Position numbers and translations under genes: made by a program. Shown here one piece after another: positions 27,979 through 39,191 of a stretch of 64,000 nucleotides of DNA. Source of the DNA: a virus; IMG/VR virus record IMGVR_UViG_3300025115_000003, positions 1-64,000 of that record; one strand, 5' to 3'. Below the pieces are notes generated by a model. The model had not been told where the DNA came from and searched no databases. It worked only from the letters and a program-made list of their open reading frames with translations. Numbering within the stretch: position 1 is the first letter of the stretch; each line of letters begins with the position of its first letter.

Positions 27979-28525
27979 AGTAGTAATTCATAATTGTTAT
28001 AAATGTGACATATCTTTAACAAGAAGAAAGATTGTTAATGGAAGAGGTCCAAATACTTCTAAAGTTATGATAATAGGTGAAGCACCTGGAGCAGAAGAAG
28101 ATAAAACTGGAATACCTTTTATAGGTAAATCTGGAGTTATGCTAAGAGCCTTACTAAGATCGTTAATGATAGAACCTAAAAATGTTTATATTACTAATGT
28201 AATTAAATGTAGGACTTTGAACAATAGAATACCTTCTGAAATAGAATGTATGAATTGTCTTCCTTATTTATTAGCAGAAATAGTATTAGTTAATCCTACA
28301 GTAATTGTATTGTTAGGTAATACAGCTTTACAAACTTTCTTTCCTGATCCTTATTCTACTATTACTAAACAAAGAGGTATTCTTAAGGTAATAGGTAATA
28401 GAATATTTCTTCCGACATATCATCCTTCTTATGTATTAAGAAATAGGAATGATATGGGTATTGCAACTGAATTTTGGAATGATTTAACTTTATTACAAAC
28501 TCTTATGCAATTAATATATAAATAA
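27968..28525 (+). CDS. udg: Uracil-DNA glycosylase, family 4 (Fe-S)
   Basis: CxxC, IGEAPG..ED..G.PF.G.SG, TNVIKCR, further Cys, TYHPS. Confidence 0.92.
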   Translation: MKDRVVIHNCYKCDISLTRRKIVNGRGPNTSKVMIIGEAPGAEEDKTGIPFIGKSGVMLRALLRSLMIEPKNVYITNVIKCRTLNNRIPSEIECMNCLPYLLAEIVLVNPTVIVLLGNTALQTFFPDPYSTITKQRGILKVIGNRIFLPTYHPSYVLRNRNDMGIATEFWNDLTLLQTLMQLIYK

Positions 28526-28836
28526 TGACTAAAGTAATAGATAAAGGATTAACCCCTGAAGCTATAGAAGTTTTAAAAAATTATAGAAGAGAAGATCATC
28601 CTTATGTAACATGGTATTTAATTACTGGTTATTCTATTGATTTATATAGATATGTCCATGAGGATAATTCTATGTTAATTGAAGTAATCGAAGGAATTAT
28701 TCCTTTAGAAGATACAATAGAGGTTTATCGTTCTCTTGCTTATTCTTTGTTCTTTAGTTATAATTCAAATTATAATTGGAAAATAGATTTAGTATATGAT
28801 GATAATGTGAGCTTTGATGATTTAATACTTAATTAA
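28525..28836 (+). CDS. Hypothetical protein
   Basis: TAATG overlap with UDG. Confidence 0.7.
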   Translation: MTKVIDKGLTPEAIEVLKNYRREDHPYVTWYLITGYSIDLYRYVHEDNSMLIEVIEGIIPLEDTIEVYRSLAYSLFFSYNSNYNWKIDLVYDDNVSFDDLILN

Positions 28837-28837
28837 T

Positions 28838-30961
28838 ATGGCTAATTATATATTTGATGTTGAATGTATTCCTAATTTATTTTCTGTTATTTTTATTAAA
28901 TCTGGTCAAACAGCTTTGATTAAAGATCACATCGAAGCCGATATAAAAGGATTAACTAATGAAATGAATACTATTTTAAATAAAATACGAAAAGAAGTAT
29001 TTGTTATATTTTGGCAAGATGAGAATCACATGATAAACGATTTAGACAGATTATATAATTGGGTAACTAATAAAGGAACAGATAAAGAAAGAATCTTTAT
29101 AGGTTATAATAGTCAGAATTATGATAATATAATGATAGATTATATTATTACTCACTATAAGACTCTAAAGAAGATGCACTTAGCTGATATGCTCATTAAA
29201 TTAAAAGAAATAAATGATTATATCATAGATTCCCAACAGATGTTTTTTGATATTAGGACAGAATTAGAATTAAATAAAAAGAGTTATTATTATGCTGTAG
29301 ATTTACAAAGTTTGAATAATTTACATAAGATTTCAAATAGAGTAAGTTTAAAGCAAGCAAGTATATCTTTAAAATGGTATAAACTTGAAGATTATGAAAT
29401 GCCCCCATATACAGATCAACAAGTAGAAGATTTATACGGATGGGATGTTACAGCAGAAGAAGTTAACTCTTTAAATAGTTTTAGTAGAAAAGTACATTAT
29501 TCTGAATTAAATCATTTAATATCTTATAACTATAATGATGTATTTATAACCAATGCTTTATTTGAAGCAAGCTTTGATGAATTATCCTCAAGAGTTGCAG
29601 CTTATAGTAAGTATGGTATGTATATGTATAGTTCTCCAAGAAGTGGTGTAGCTGAAAAAGTTATTAGGCATTTATATGCTCAATATACTGGTTTAGAATA
29701 TAGAGATTTTGTTAATCAAAGAACTTGGAGAAAGATAATTAATTTTTCTGATATAGTAACTTCCAATGTATCTTTTAAAACTGTTAAGATGCAAGAGTTT
29801 TTAAAAGAAATAAAGAGGTTTTCTATTAATCCTTATGATCCTAAATCTAAAATGAAATTAAGTATCAACTTAAATGATAAACTGTATATCATGGGAGTTG
29901 GAGGATTACATTCTAAAGATTTAGGGGGAGTATTTAAATCAACAGAAAATTACATTATATTAGATGTTGATGCTGATTCATATTATCCTAAAACAATAGT
30001 AAATAATAAATTTAAACCTGCTCATTTATCTGTAGTAATATTAACCATTATTAAAACTTTATTAGACGAGAGATTATATTACAAAAGGATTAAAGATAAA
30101 ATAAATGCAAGTATACAGAAAATTGTAATAAATGCTATATTTGGTAAGATGGGAGATGCCGATAGTATTATGAAAGATGATCTTGCCATGTATGCAGTTA
30201 CAGTTAATAATCAATTATATTTGCTAATGTTGATTGAAGATTTTATATTAGCAGGAATTGAACCCATTAGTGCTAATACGGATGGTATTACTTGCAAAGT
30301 TAAAGTAGATCAGGTTGAAATTTATAATAAAACTATAAATAATTGGTGTAACAGATTAGGATTTACAGTAGAAGTGAATAGGTATGATCTTTATGTTCGT
30401 ACTTCAGTTAATGACTATTTAGCTAAAATTAATAATAACGGTAAGATAGAAATTAAAAGAAAAGGTGATTTTGATAAAGAGAAGTATAAAGAATTAAGTT
30501 CGGGTTATTCTTATCCGATAGTACCAACTGCTATTGAAGAATATTACTTGAATGGTATTCCAATTAGACAAACTTTATATGAAGCAACAGATATTTTAGA
30601 TTTTTGTTTATCGGTTAAAACTGGTAAGAATTTTAAGAATGAATTTCACTATATAGATAAAACTACAGGTGAATTAGCTATTAAACCTCTAACAAAACAT
30701 TTAAGATATTATGCTTCTACATCAGGAGGAACTTTACTTAAAAGGAATTTAGAAACAAATGCTTTAACTAATATATTAAGTGGGCAAAATGTTACTATTC
30801 TCAATAAGTTACTCCCTATTACTGATATTAGAGATTATAATATAAATTATAATTTTTATATTAGTAAATGTCAAGATATGATAGATAAAATAAATAACAG
30901 TCAAACAAAAACTATGAAAAAACATAGTGGAACATTATTTGATAATTTAGACGATGAGTGA
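28838..30961 (+). CDS. polB: Family B DNA polymerase
   Basis: Exo I FDVEC, Exo II GYNSQNYD, Exo III YNYNDV, motif A DADSYYP, B KIVINAIFGK, C ANTDG. Confidence 0.93.
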   Translation: MANYIFDVECIPNLFSVIFIKSGQTALIKDHIEADIKGLTNEMNTILNKIRKEVFVIFWQDENHMINDLDRLYNWVTNKGTDKERIFIGYNSQNYDNIMIDYIITHYKTLKKMHLADMLIKLKEINDYIIDSQQMFFDIRTELELNKKSYYYAVDLQSLNNLHKISNRVSLKQASISLKWYKLEDYEMPPYTDQQVEDLYGWDVTAEEVNSLNSFSRKVHYSELNHLISYNYNDVFITNALFEASFDELSSRVAAYSKYGMYMYSSPRSGVAEKVIRHLYAQYTGLEYRDFVNQRTWRKIINFSDIVTSNVSFKTVKMQEFLKEIKRFSINPYDPKSKMKLSINLNDKLYIMGVGGLHSKDLGGVFKSTENYIILDVDADSYYPKTIVNNKFKPAHLSVVILTIIKTLLDERLYYKRIKDKINASIQKIVINAIFGKMGDADSIMKDDLAMYAVTVNNQLYLLMLIEDFILAGIEPISANTDGITCKVKVDQVEIYNKTINNWCNRLGFTVEVNRYDLYVRTSVNDYLAKINNNGKIEIKRKGDFDKEKYKELSSGYSYPIVPTAIEEYYLNGIPIRQTLYEATDILDFCLSVKTGKNFKNEFHYIDKTTGELAIKPLTKHLRYYASTSGGTLLKRNLETNALTNILSGQNVTILNKLLPITDIRDYNINYNFYISKCQDMIDKINNSQTKTMKKHSGTLFDNLDDE

Positions 30962-31304
30962 AAGAGTATTTGATACAATATTATTTGAAGAAAATGATGT
31001 TGTAGTACGAAAAAATAAAGCATTAGATGCTTATGGAAAAGAGCCTAAAGCTGAAAGAATATGTAAGACAATACAAGTTAATTCAGGTACAGGATATGTC
31101 TATCAGATTATATATTTTTATAGTAATCCTAATTCTCCATTTGTAGCATATGAATTTGAACCATATGATGAAGTGCAGAAAAAAGAATATTATGAGATAC
31201 TTAAATCGGTAGAAAAGGAAAACAAACCTAAAGGTAAAGATAAGCATAAGAAAGTGGAATCTGAACCGTTGGTTATTAAAAACTTTGAACAATTAAAACG
31301 ATGA
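30954..31304 (+). CDS. Hypothetical protein
   Basis: Overlaps polB stop and next start. Confidence 0.7.
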   Translation: MSERVFDTILFEENDVVVRKNKALDAYGKEPKAERICKTIQVNSGTGYVYQIIYFYSNPNSPFVAYEFEPYDEVQKKEYYEILKSVEKENKPKGKDKHKKVESEPLVIKNFEQLKR

Positions 31305-32044
31305 ATAAAATACAACTAACAATTAATTATGGAGTAAGTACAGTTTTAATCATTTTAACTATTATATTTTTAACAGGAATGTTAAAATATAAATCTACAA
31401 TTAATGATTTAACAGAGTTACAAACTTTAACTACTAATGAATTAACAATATATAAAGATGAAAATAGTAAACTTATTTATACCAATAGTGTATTAGAATT
31501 AGATAACTTTAAGCATTTAGAAAATATTAAATCAAACGATAGCACAGTCCAAAGACTTAGACAATTAATAAAAAAAGAAAAAAACATTAACAGCCAATTA
31601 CAAGGACTTATACTATTACAATCACAAACACAATTAGCATATAAAGACTCAATAGAAAATCTTATTGTTTCTTATGATAGTATTATCAAAGATGGAGTAG
31701 TTCATCATTATCCTACTTATTCAAGAAAAGTAGATATGTTTAATAATTGGATAACTGGTAATATTGAATTGGGAAAAAGTAAGTTTGATATTAATCTACA
31801 AGTAAAAAGTGATTATGATATAATATTGATAAAAGAAAGAAAAAATATATTTAAACCATATGAATATAAAATTAAAGTATCTAATCTTAATCCGTATGTT
31901 ACCACTGGAGGAATAACTACAGTACAAAAGAAAGTTAAAAAAGATAGATATAATATATCTATTTCTGGAGGGTATGGTATGGGTAAAGATGGATTTACAG
32001 GATTTGTAGGTATAACTGGAGGTTATTCAATAATTACTTTCTAA
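31301..32044 (+). CDS. Membrane-anchored coiled-coil protein with Gly-rich beta C-terminus (spanin-like?)
   Basis: N-terminal TM helix, coiled coil, ends ISGGYG...GFVGITGGYSIITF. Confidence 0.5.
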   Translation: MNKIQLTINYGVSTVLIILTIIFLTGMLKYKSTINDLTELQTLTTNELTIYKDENSKLIYTNSVLELDNFKHLENIKSNDSTVQRLRQLIKKEKNINSQLQGLILLQSQTQLAYKDSIENLIVSYDSIIKDGVVHHYPTYSRKVDMFNNWITGNIELGKSKFDINLQVKSDYDIILIKERKNIFKPYEYKIKVSNLNPYVTTGGITTVQKKVKKDRYNISISGGYGMGKDGFTGFVGITGGYSIITF

Positions 32045-33444
32045 TGAATAGAATTGAAAGACAAGAAGTATCTATTAAAAAAGCAATAGATTCTAATTTA
32101 CATGGTTTATTGCATCTATGTGTTAGATTTGGTAAAACTCGAATAGGTTTAAAATTATATCAATATGCTATAAGTATAGGATTAAAACCTCTTATATTAG
32201 TACCAAGTCTTACTATTAAAAATGGTTGGATACTGGAAGATCAAAAGTCAACTAATATCCAACCTATTATTGTAACTATTTCTCAATTACTTTCAGTAAG
32301 TAAATCCTTCAATGTGGATTTACTTATAGTAGACGAGATACATAAATTTACTTCTGATGAAAGATATAATTTAATAAACAAAGGTTTAATTAAATATAAT
32401 AGATTAATAGGATTAACTGCTACATTACCTTTAGGTAATAATTTAACTAAACTTAAAACTATTGTTCCTGTTATAGATCATATATCTGAATCCGAAGCTA
32501 TCACTAATAATTGGGTTAGTCAATTTGTCGAATATAATATTAGTTTAGAATTAAGTGATAATGACAAATATACTTATGTAAAATTAACTGAAAGTATTAG
32601 TGAATACTTACAAACTTTTGCTAATCTTGAGAATTATATAACTCATGGAGGAATTAAATTATTTAATTCTACTATGGATTTACTATATGGTTGTTTTAGA
32701 GGAGCAAATGTAAGAGGTTTTCCTCATATAAGTTCTGAAATTATAGCCAAAACTTTAATTGAGGTAATGCGACAAGGAAAAGAAGATGAATTTTGGAATC
32801 TATCTAATATTAAAGAACAAGGAAGTGCATTTGCAAGAAAGGTAGATTTAAGAAACGATATTCTTATTGCTAATCGCATTAAATTACAAGCTGTATTAGA
32901 TATATATGATACTCTAAAAGTTCCTACTTTATGTTTTAATGATTCGATTGTTTTTTCAGATATAATTGCAGAAAAGGTAAATGAAAAATACCCTAATCAA
33001 GCTATGAGTTATCATAGTAAATTAGAAAGTAAACCTTTAATTGATAACTTAACAGGAGAATATTATAGATATGTAGGGGGAACTAAAGCAGGACAGCCTA
33101 AATTATTTAGTAAAGCTAAGCAATTAGAATATGCTATTCTTGCAATAGAACATGGAGTAATGAGTTTTATATCTACCGTTAAGGCTTTAGATGAAGGAAT
33201 TACTATTCCTAATATTGAATGTTTAATTACAACTGCTGGAACTTTTAATCCTATTCAATATGAACAAAGAACTGGTAGAGCTAAAACTTATGTAAGTAGT
33301 GATAAAATTGCTAAAATATACAATTTGTTTTTTAATGATTTTGAATATGAAGGTAAAGTATATAAATCCAGAGATAAAACTAAATTGTTAAGTAGGCAAA
33401 CAAACAGTAGTAATGTAAAAAATATATCTTTATCGGATGTATAA
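32044..33444 (+). CDS. SF2 (DExH) helicase
   Basis: RFGKT, IVDEIH, GLTAT, LDEGITIP, QRTGR. Confidence 0.88.
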   Translation: MNRIERQEVSIKKAIDSNLHGLLHLCVRFGKTRIGLKLYQYAISIGLKPLILVPSLTIKNGWILEDQKSTNIQPIIVTISQLLSVSKSFNVDLLIVDEIHKFTSDERYNLINKGLIKYNRLIGLTATLPLGNNLTKLKTIVPVIDHISESEAITNNWVSQFVEYNISLELSDNDKYTYVKLTESISEYLQTFANLENYITHGGIKLFNSTMDLLYGCFRGANVRGFPHISSEIIAKTLIEVMRQGKEDEFWNLSNIKEQGSAFARKVDLRNDILIANRIKLQAVLDIYDTLKVPTLCFNDSIVFSDIIAEKVNEKYPNQAMSYHSKLESKPLIDNLTGEYYRYVGGTKAGQPKLFSKAKQLEYAILAIEHGVMSFISTVKALDEGITIPNIECLITTAGTFNPIQYEQRTGRAKTYVSSDKIAKIYNLFFNDFEYEGKVYKSRDKTKLLSRQTNSSNVKNISLSDV

Positions 33445-33480
33445 TTTTTGCAAAAATATCAAAAATATTTGCCAAAAGTA

Positions 33481-33511
33481 TTGACAAGTATTGAAATTTA
33501 TATTATCTTTG
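33481..33511 (+). promoter_or_regulatory. Bacteroidota-type promoter
   Basis: TTGACA-N17-TATCTTTG, near-identical architecture to 16709-16739. Confidence 0.75.
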
Positions 33512-33533
33512 TAATCTATCTAATAAACATTAT

Positions 33534-34514
33534 ATGGAGAATGAAAAAACCGATTTATCGCCCTTTACAGAGGGGCAAGATGTAGTCCATACCTCACAAC
33601 AAGCTGAAGAAAAATCTATCAGCCAGAGCCTTCCTGTAAAGTCTATTGGGCAAAATTCGCTTGTTAAGTCTTTACAAGAATTTGACCAATTTGCAGAAGT
33701 AATTATTAAATCTGATTATGCTAAAGGTTTCAAAAGAGTAATAAAAAACAAAGAAACAGGAAAAGATGAAGAAGTTGTATTAAAAGAAGATATTATAGCA
33801 TGTCTGATGGTAGGACAAGAATTAGGTATTAAACCAATGGGTTGTTTAGCACTTGGTAATAAACTTAATGTTAAGTCCTATTTTTCTGTATTGAAAGGTA
33901 GAGAATTAGGACTTGATCCTATAACTTCAATTAGTAAAATATACAATATAGAAACTTCACAAGGTACAGTTTTAAGTTTAGCAGTAGATATCATTAATAA
34001 AGTTATTTTAGAGAATAGTAAAAAAGTAGAACTAATTAGAGATTTTGAACTTGTACCTTTATATTATACTGTAGTAGGAAATGTATATGTAGGACATAAA
34101 TATAACATATTAGATATAAATGGAATACTAAAAGAAAATTATTTTATATATTTAAATAGTACTCCTGTAGAAGAGGTTGAGGCAAATAAACATAAAATTG
34201 TAATTAGACCTATTGGATTTACTCACATAAGTTCTTTAAGAATTACAACTGATACGAAAGATGTAATCTATCATTATAGTTTACAAGAAGCTATAGATGC
34301 TGGATTATATAGAGGATTTCATTCATCATTAAAAGATGATAAAGGAAATCCTATTTATGTACCAGGTAGAGATAATTGGAATAAACACAATTCTACTATG
34401 TTAAGAAATAGAGTAACTTCTATAGCAGGTAGAGATTCTTTTCCACATAAACTACATGGTAGTTATACTCCTGAAGAAGTATCTGAATTTGCAGATGCTA
34501 TTGTTATTGAATAA
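33534..34514 (+). CDS. RecT-like single-strand annealing protein
   Basis: GQELGIKPM / GRELGLDPI, YSLQEAIDAGL, NW.KH..TMLR.R...GRDSFP..L.G.YT.EE. Confidence 0.65.
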   Translation: MENEKTDLSPFTEGQDVVHTSQQAEEKSISQSLPVKSIGQNSLVKSLQEFDQFAEVIIKSDYAKGFKRVIKNKETGKDEEVVLKEDIIACLMVGQELGIKPMGCLALGNKLNVKSYFSVLKGRELGLDPITSISKIYNIETSQGTVLSLAVDIINKVILENSKKVELIRDFELVPLYYTVVGNVYVGHKYNILDINGILKENYFIYLNSTPVEEVEANKHKIVIRPIGFTHISSLRITTDTKDVIYHYSLQEAIDAGLYRGFHSSLKDDKGNPIYVPGRDNWNKHNSTMLRNRVTSIAGRDSFPHKLHGSYTPEEVSEFADAIVIE

Positions 34515-34679
34515 TTTTAATTAATATATTGTAATATTAATTTCCTCTTATATTATAAATCCAAAGTAATATATACTAATACATTTAAGATAATAGTAAG
34601 ACTGAAAGGAAATAGAATAATATATTAATTCAGTTATAATTAATTAATTAATTTTTTAACTTTTAAAATCATAAAATTT

Positions 34680-35291
34680 ATGTTTCAATTTAAAAATGCG
34701 TTAGTAATAAGTGGTAGTAAATCAGTTAATGAAGCTGAACCGGTAATTGAACTTAATTCAACCTTAAATACCTTTACCTTGAATAAGAAAGCGATGCTTT
34801 TGTTGGATATTACTCCTGGTGAAGATAGAGTTGCTATGTTTGATATGGCTGGACAAGGTGCTACAGATCATAATGACAGATTTTACATTTGTAAATCATT
34901 TGATATTCAAAAAGGAAACAGTTCAGTACCAGCAGGAGCATTGGTTTCTACAACTGGTAAGTTTTCTTACAATCGTATCTATGGGGCAATGATCTGTGAA
35001 GATATGGATGTAATTGATATTACTCCTGAAGCAATGGTTGAACGTGGAGTTGTTTATCCTAAAGTTAAGGGAGCAAACACTCAATATATTTCCAAAAAAG
35101 TTGGAAATGGAAAGTTGGAGCTTTACAAGAATGGTGAAGAAATAGAAGTTCGTGATGGAATCATGCGTAAGCTGGCTCTTATTACTAATCTTCAATTTAC
35201 CGAACACGTTAGCACAAGAGCTAATTCTATTGAAGATGAAGCAACTGTTGATCAAACACAGGGCGATTTGTTTTCAGATGATCGTGAATAA
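34680..35291 (+). CDS. Conserved replication-module protein with acidic tail (SSB-like?)
   Basis: Between RecT-like and primase genes; ends EDEATVDQTQGDLFSDDRE. Confidence 0.45.
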   Translation: MFQFKNALVISGSKSVNEAEPVIELNSTLNTFTLNKKAMLLLDITPGEDRVAMFDMAGQGATDHNDRFYICKSFDIQKGNSSVPAGALVSTTGKFSYNRIYGAMICEDMDVIDITPEAMVERGVVYPKVKGANTQYISKKVGNGKLELYKNGEEIEVRDGIMRKLALITNLQFTEHVSTRANSIEDEATVDQTQGDLFSDDRE

Positions 35292-35321
35292 TTAAGTAAT
35301 TAACTAACTAAATAATAATAG

Positions 35322-36089
35322 ATGTTACAAATAGATATTAATCAAAATGTAACCAGTAGGCTACAATTTGAACCAATTGAAGCACACAATGGATTTTGTT
35401 TAGGTTTTCTAAACAATGTAAGTATTGAAACCTCTCCTGTAAATGAAGATGCTAAATGGGAATTTAAAGGATATGAAACTCCTCGTTTGGTCTTTGAATT
35501 TATTCAAAAGAAAGACCAATATAATACTAAAGAAAGGTTTCATATTCATTCAGAACTTCCAATTAGCAGACTTAAATCCAATGGAGAAAGTCGTGAAGAA
35601 GCTACTATCGTAAAAGATTATTTAGCTTTATGGGGTAGAGTTAAACATATCCATGATATGTTTAGTACTTCTGCTAATTTTAAGGCAATTACCGAAGCCC
35701 CTAAGTTTACTCCTGAAGCAGATATTGCTACAAGACTTGCAGAATTTAAAAAATTCTTTGAGAATATGGTTAATCTGTTTAATATGGGTACAGACGGTAA
35801 TCCTATCTATAAACCTTTTACTGTTGAAGGTACTGAAAAGTGTTTGACTCTTAAACTTATTGTTAATACTCTTAACGATAAGAGTTATTTAGGTTTTCCT
35901 AAATATGTTGGGCAAGGATTTGCTGAAAGAACTACTATTAATAATGGTAAGATTGATACAGCATTGAAGTTTCAACCCAAAGAAACTTATAGAATAACTT
36001 CAGCGGTTATTCCTCCTGTACCAAATCAAATGAGCAATAAAGCAAGTAATTTGCCCGCAGATGTTTTGAGTATTATTCAACAACAGTAA
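35322..36089 (+). CDS. Conserved replication-module protein (possible ssDNA-binding)
   Basis: 255-aa ORF upstream of primase; synteny only. Confidence 0.45.
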   Translation: MLQIDINQNVTSRLQFEPIEAHNGFCLGFLNNVSIETSPVNEDAKWEFKGYETPRLVFEFIQKKDQYNTKERFHIHSELPISRLKSNGESREEATIVKDYLALWGRVKHIHDMFSTSANFKAITEAPKFTPEADIATRLAEFKKFFENMVNLFNMGTDGNPIYKPFTVEGTEKCLTLKLIVNTLNDKSYLGFPKYVGQGFAERTTINNGKIDTALKFQPKETYRITSAVIPPVPNQMSNKASNLPADVLSIIQQQ

Positions 36090-36107
36090 TTATTAACTTA
36101 ATTAAAG

Positions 36108-36143
36108 ATAAAAGAGGGTTAGTGATAACCCTCTTTTATTTTT
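36108..36143 (+). terminator. Intrinsic terminator
   Basis: ATAAAAGAGGGTTA-GTGA-TAACCCTCTTTTAT then T run. Confidence 0.75.
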
Positions 36144-36159
36144 GTTTATTTTTGCAATA

Positions 36160-37374
36160 ATGATTGATGATAATATAAAATATTATATTTTAAATAACTA
36201 CGATCAAGTAGAAATGTTTAGTTTTTATTTACAGATACCAATAGAAGATATACAAGAATCAATTAAACTTAAAAGAAATATACTAAATTTACATAGAGGA
36301 GATACTGCTCCTTCTTTAAAATTTTATTACGATGGAGGTAAATTAAAAGTCTTTGATTATGGAAATGTATTTTACAGAGGAGATATATTCGATATTGTAT
36401 CACTAGTAACAGGAGATAAAGGCTTTATTAATTCTTGTACTCATATATTACAAAAATTTAAACCAGGAATAAATAATCCTATATTAACATCAAGAAAAAA
36501 TAAATATTTATATACATATACATTTAGAAATTATAGTTCTAAAGAAATTACATATTGGTATAATGCAGGTATAACATATGAACATTTAAAAAATAGAGGA
36601 ATATTATTAGCAAATGAAGTACATAGAGATGGAGTTAGAATACATTATTATAATCAAAACAATCCTGGATTTATTTATATATTAGGATTTCAAGAAGAAG
36701 AATTGTTTACTTTATATAAACCTTTTGAGAAAAAAGAATTTAAGTTTACTAAAAATTATAATTATCCAATCGAAGGAATAAATGAACTATATGAATCTGA
36801 AAACTTAATTATTACTAAGAGTAGAAAAGATAAGTTGACCATAGAAAGTTTAATTGATAACGGTAATATAGTTAAACAAGTAAGTAAATTAGTTAAAAGA
36901 TTAGATTTACCCCCCTTTCAATATTATTCTTTTTATGTAGGGTTTTATGACAATACGTATCATATTAATTCAGATTATTGTATAACTAATTTATCCAGTG
37001 AATCTATATTACTATCAAATAAATTAATAGATTTTCTAAAATCTAAACATAAAAGAATATTTATATTCTATGATTATGATTTAACAGGAATAATCAATAG
37101 TTATTTTTATGCTAAATTACATTCATTTATTCCTATATTTATAGGAAGACCAAAAGATAAAATTATAGAAAAACTAACACCAGAAATAGTAAAATTAATA
37201 ACTAATAAATTTTTAGAATATGAAATAATATTTGAAATTAACGAGTTTATACAATTCGTAGATTTTCATTCAGGTAATGAAGAATCAAAAGATATGTTTG
37301 AATTAGCAAATTATAATATTAATAAAGCTAAAACTTTTTTAAATGGACTTGAAACATATAAGAAGAAAACATAA
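36160..37374 (+). CDS. DnaG-like (TOPRIM) primase
   Basis: HRGDTAPS..FDYG..GDIFD N-terminus, IITKSRKD, FYDYDLTG, SKD; likely start MIDDN. Confidence 0.75.
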   Translation: MIDDNIKYYILNNYDQVEMFSFYLQIPIEDIQESIKLKRNILNLHRGDTAPSLKFYYDGGKLKVFDYGNVFYRGDIFDIVSLVTGDKGFINSCTHILQKFKPGINNPILTSRKNKYLYTYTFRNYSSKEITYWYNAGITYEHLKNRGILLANEVHRDGVRIHYYNQNNPGFIYILGFQEEELFTLYKPFEKKEFKFTKNYNYPIEGINELYESENLIITKSRKDKLTIESLIDNGNIVKQVSKLVKRLDLPPFQYYSFYVGFYDNTYHINSDYCITNLSSESILLSNKLIDFLKSKHKRIFIFYDYDLTGIINSYFYAKLHSFIPIFIGRPKDKIIEKLTPEIVKLITNKFLEYEIIFEINEFIQFVDFHSGNEESKDMFELANYNINKAKTFLNGLETYKKKT

Positions 37375-37765
37375 GTTCTTAGGTATAAAAGAAGAGGAAT
37401 TTCTATTCGGAGTACCTGTAACAGAACAACAATGTAATGAATTTTTAGATGAAATGACAAACTTATCAGATAATGATTTCTTTAATAAATATTTATTCTA
37501 CAAGGAAAAAGTATTAATGTTAGGAAATGTAAATGATAAATCAAGAAAGTTAATGGAACTTGTAATAGATTCTATAGATTTACCAAATGGTAAGAAGTCT
37601 TTTACTTGTTTTACTGGAGATTGGAAAAGATGTATTGATAAATCTCCAACTATTATACATGAGGACATAAGTTCTTCATGGAATTGTTTAGTTGAATATT
37701 TAGGTCATCCTGAATATGCTATAATATTAAAATTTAAACCAGATGAACATGAATTTCTTATATAA
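37343..37765 (+). CDS. Hypothetical protein
   Basis: Overlaps primase and ligase genes. Confidence 0.65.
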   Translation: MDLKHIRRKHKFLGIKEEEFLFGVPVTEQQCNEFLDEMTNLSDNDFFNKYLFYKEKVLMLGNVNDKSRKLMELVIDSIDLPNGKKSFTCFTGDWKRCIDKSPTIIHEDISSSWNCLVEYLGHPEYAIILKFKPDEHEFLI

Positions 37766-38972
37766 ATTGGATATTAATAAAAATGTACTGGAATGGGGAA
37801 TTGATTATGATTATGATTCTGGTATAAATTATATATTAATACAACAAGGTAGAATTAATGGTAAAAAAGTACATAGTTCTACACCTTGTGCAATGACTTC
37901 TCCAGATATAGAAATTGCATCTAAAATAAGAGATAAAAGGAAATCTGGATGGAAGACTTTAGATGAATTAGGGGTAGTAGCTTCAAATAATATGGAAGAA
38001 CAATTATTAAAGCTTCTACCATATGAGCATAAAGATTTGAATAATAGACATAAGCCTCAAAAAGCTGTATTATTTCAAGAAGGTAAGTTTAAATATCCTG
38101 CTCTTATTCAACCAAAACTTAATGGAATTAGAGCTACTTTGAGTTGGACTAAAATAATTACTGGAAAAGGATTATTTGCCGAAACTATAGAAAAAGCAGT
38201 ATTAACTTCAAAAGAAGGTATTGTTTATCATATGCCTCATATTACAGATATTTTAACAGAAGATTTCTTTAAAGCCTTTGTAAATAACGAGTGGATAGAT
38301 ATAACTTACGATGGTGAGTTATATAAACATGGAATGAAACTTAATGAGATAAGAAAGAGAGTACCTTATTATAATGCTCATGGGACTTTAAGTAAGGCCT
38401 CTGGTAATCCTCAAGAAATATCTTTTTGGTGTTTTGATTTAGCTATTCCTAATATAATACAACAAGATAGAACTATTATACATGGAAATTTATTAACTGA
38501 TTATCCTTCAGTTATTGAACCCGCTTATTCATTAAGTCCTATAGTAGCTTTAGATGCCATTCTTGTATATGATGATAAACACAGCAGAGAAGTAGCAGAT
38601 GAATTTATTAAAATGGGATATGAAGGAGGAATATTAAGAGATTTAGATAGCTACTATGGTTTTGGAACTAAAGATAAAAGAATGATGAAACTAAAGAAAT
38701 GGTACTTTACTAAATGTACTATTGTTGATGTAGTTTATAAAAATTCTTCTATTGTAAATGATAAAGAACGTACCTATATAGCTATAGTATTAAAAAACGA
38801 TATAAATAATGAAATCTTTGAATGTACTCCAGAAGGAGATGAAGAAGATAGATTGTTATTACTAACCAATAGAGATAATTATATAGGTAAATTAGCTAAA
38901 GTTAAATTTAGAGAAAGAAGTGGTATTGCAGAAGTACCCTTTCAAGCAATTGTAACAGAAATTGAAAACTAA
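37743..38972 (+). CDS. lig: ATP-dependent DNA ligase
   Basis: QPKLNGIR, YDGELY, FWCFD, YEGGILR, KLK motifs. Confidence 0.88.
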   Translation: MNMNFLYKLDINKNVLEWGIDYDYDSGINYILIQQGRINGKKVHSSTPCAMTSPDIEIASKIRDKRKSGWKTLDELGVVASNNMEEQLLKLLPYEHKDLNNRHKPQKAVLFQEGKFKYPALIQPKLNGIRATLSWTKIITGKGLFAETIEKAVLTSKEGIVYHMPHITDILTEDFFKAFVNNEWIDITYDGELYKHGMKLNEIRKRVPYYNAHGTLSKASGNPQEISFWCFDLAIPNIIQQDRTIIHGNLLTDYPSVIEPAYSLSPIVALDAILVYDDKHSREVADEFIKMGYEGGILRDLDSYYGFGTKDKRMMKLKKWYFTKCTIVDVVYKNSSIVNDKERTYIAIVLKNDINNEIFECTPEGDEEDRLLLLTNRDNYIGKLAKVKFRERSGIAEVPFQAIVTEIEN

Positions 38973-38978
38973 ATAACT

Positions 38979-39191
38979 ATGGAAAATAAATATTTTAAAT
39001 CAAAAGTTAGAGAAGATTATTTTAAATTTGATGATGGAGTGGATTGTTATTTCTTACAGTTAACCGATGGGGGATTTGCTATTCTTGAAAAAGAAGTAGA
39101 TATTCCATTAATTCCTATTACTGAGGAAGAATTTAAAGCTGCTCTTATTAATACAGGTTTAATACCAATAATTGCAAATCTTATAGCATGA
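38979..39191 (+). CDS. Hypothetical protein
   Basis: 70-aa ORF, ATGA overlap downstream. Confidence 0.6.
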   Translation: MENKYFKSKVREDYFKFDDGVDCYFLQLTDGGFAILEKEVDIPLIPITEEEFKAALINTGLIPIIANLIA

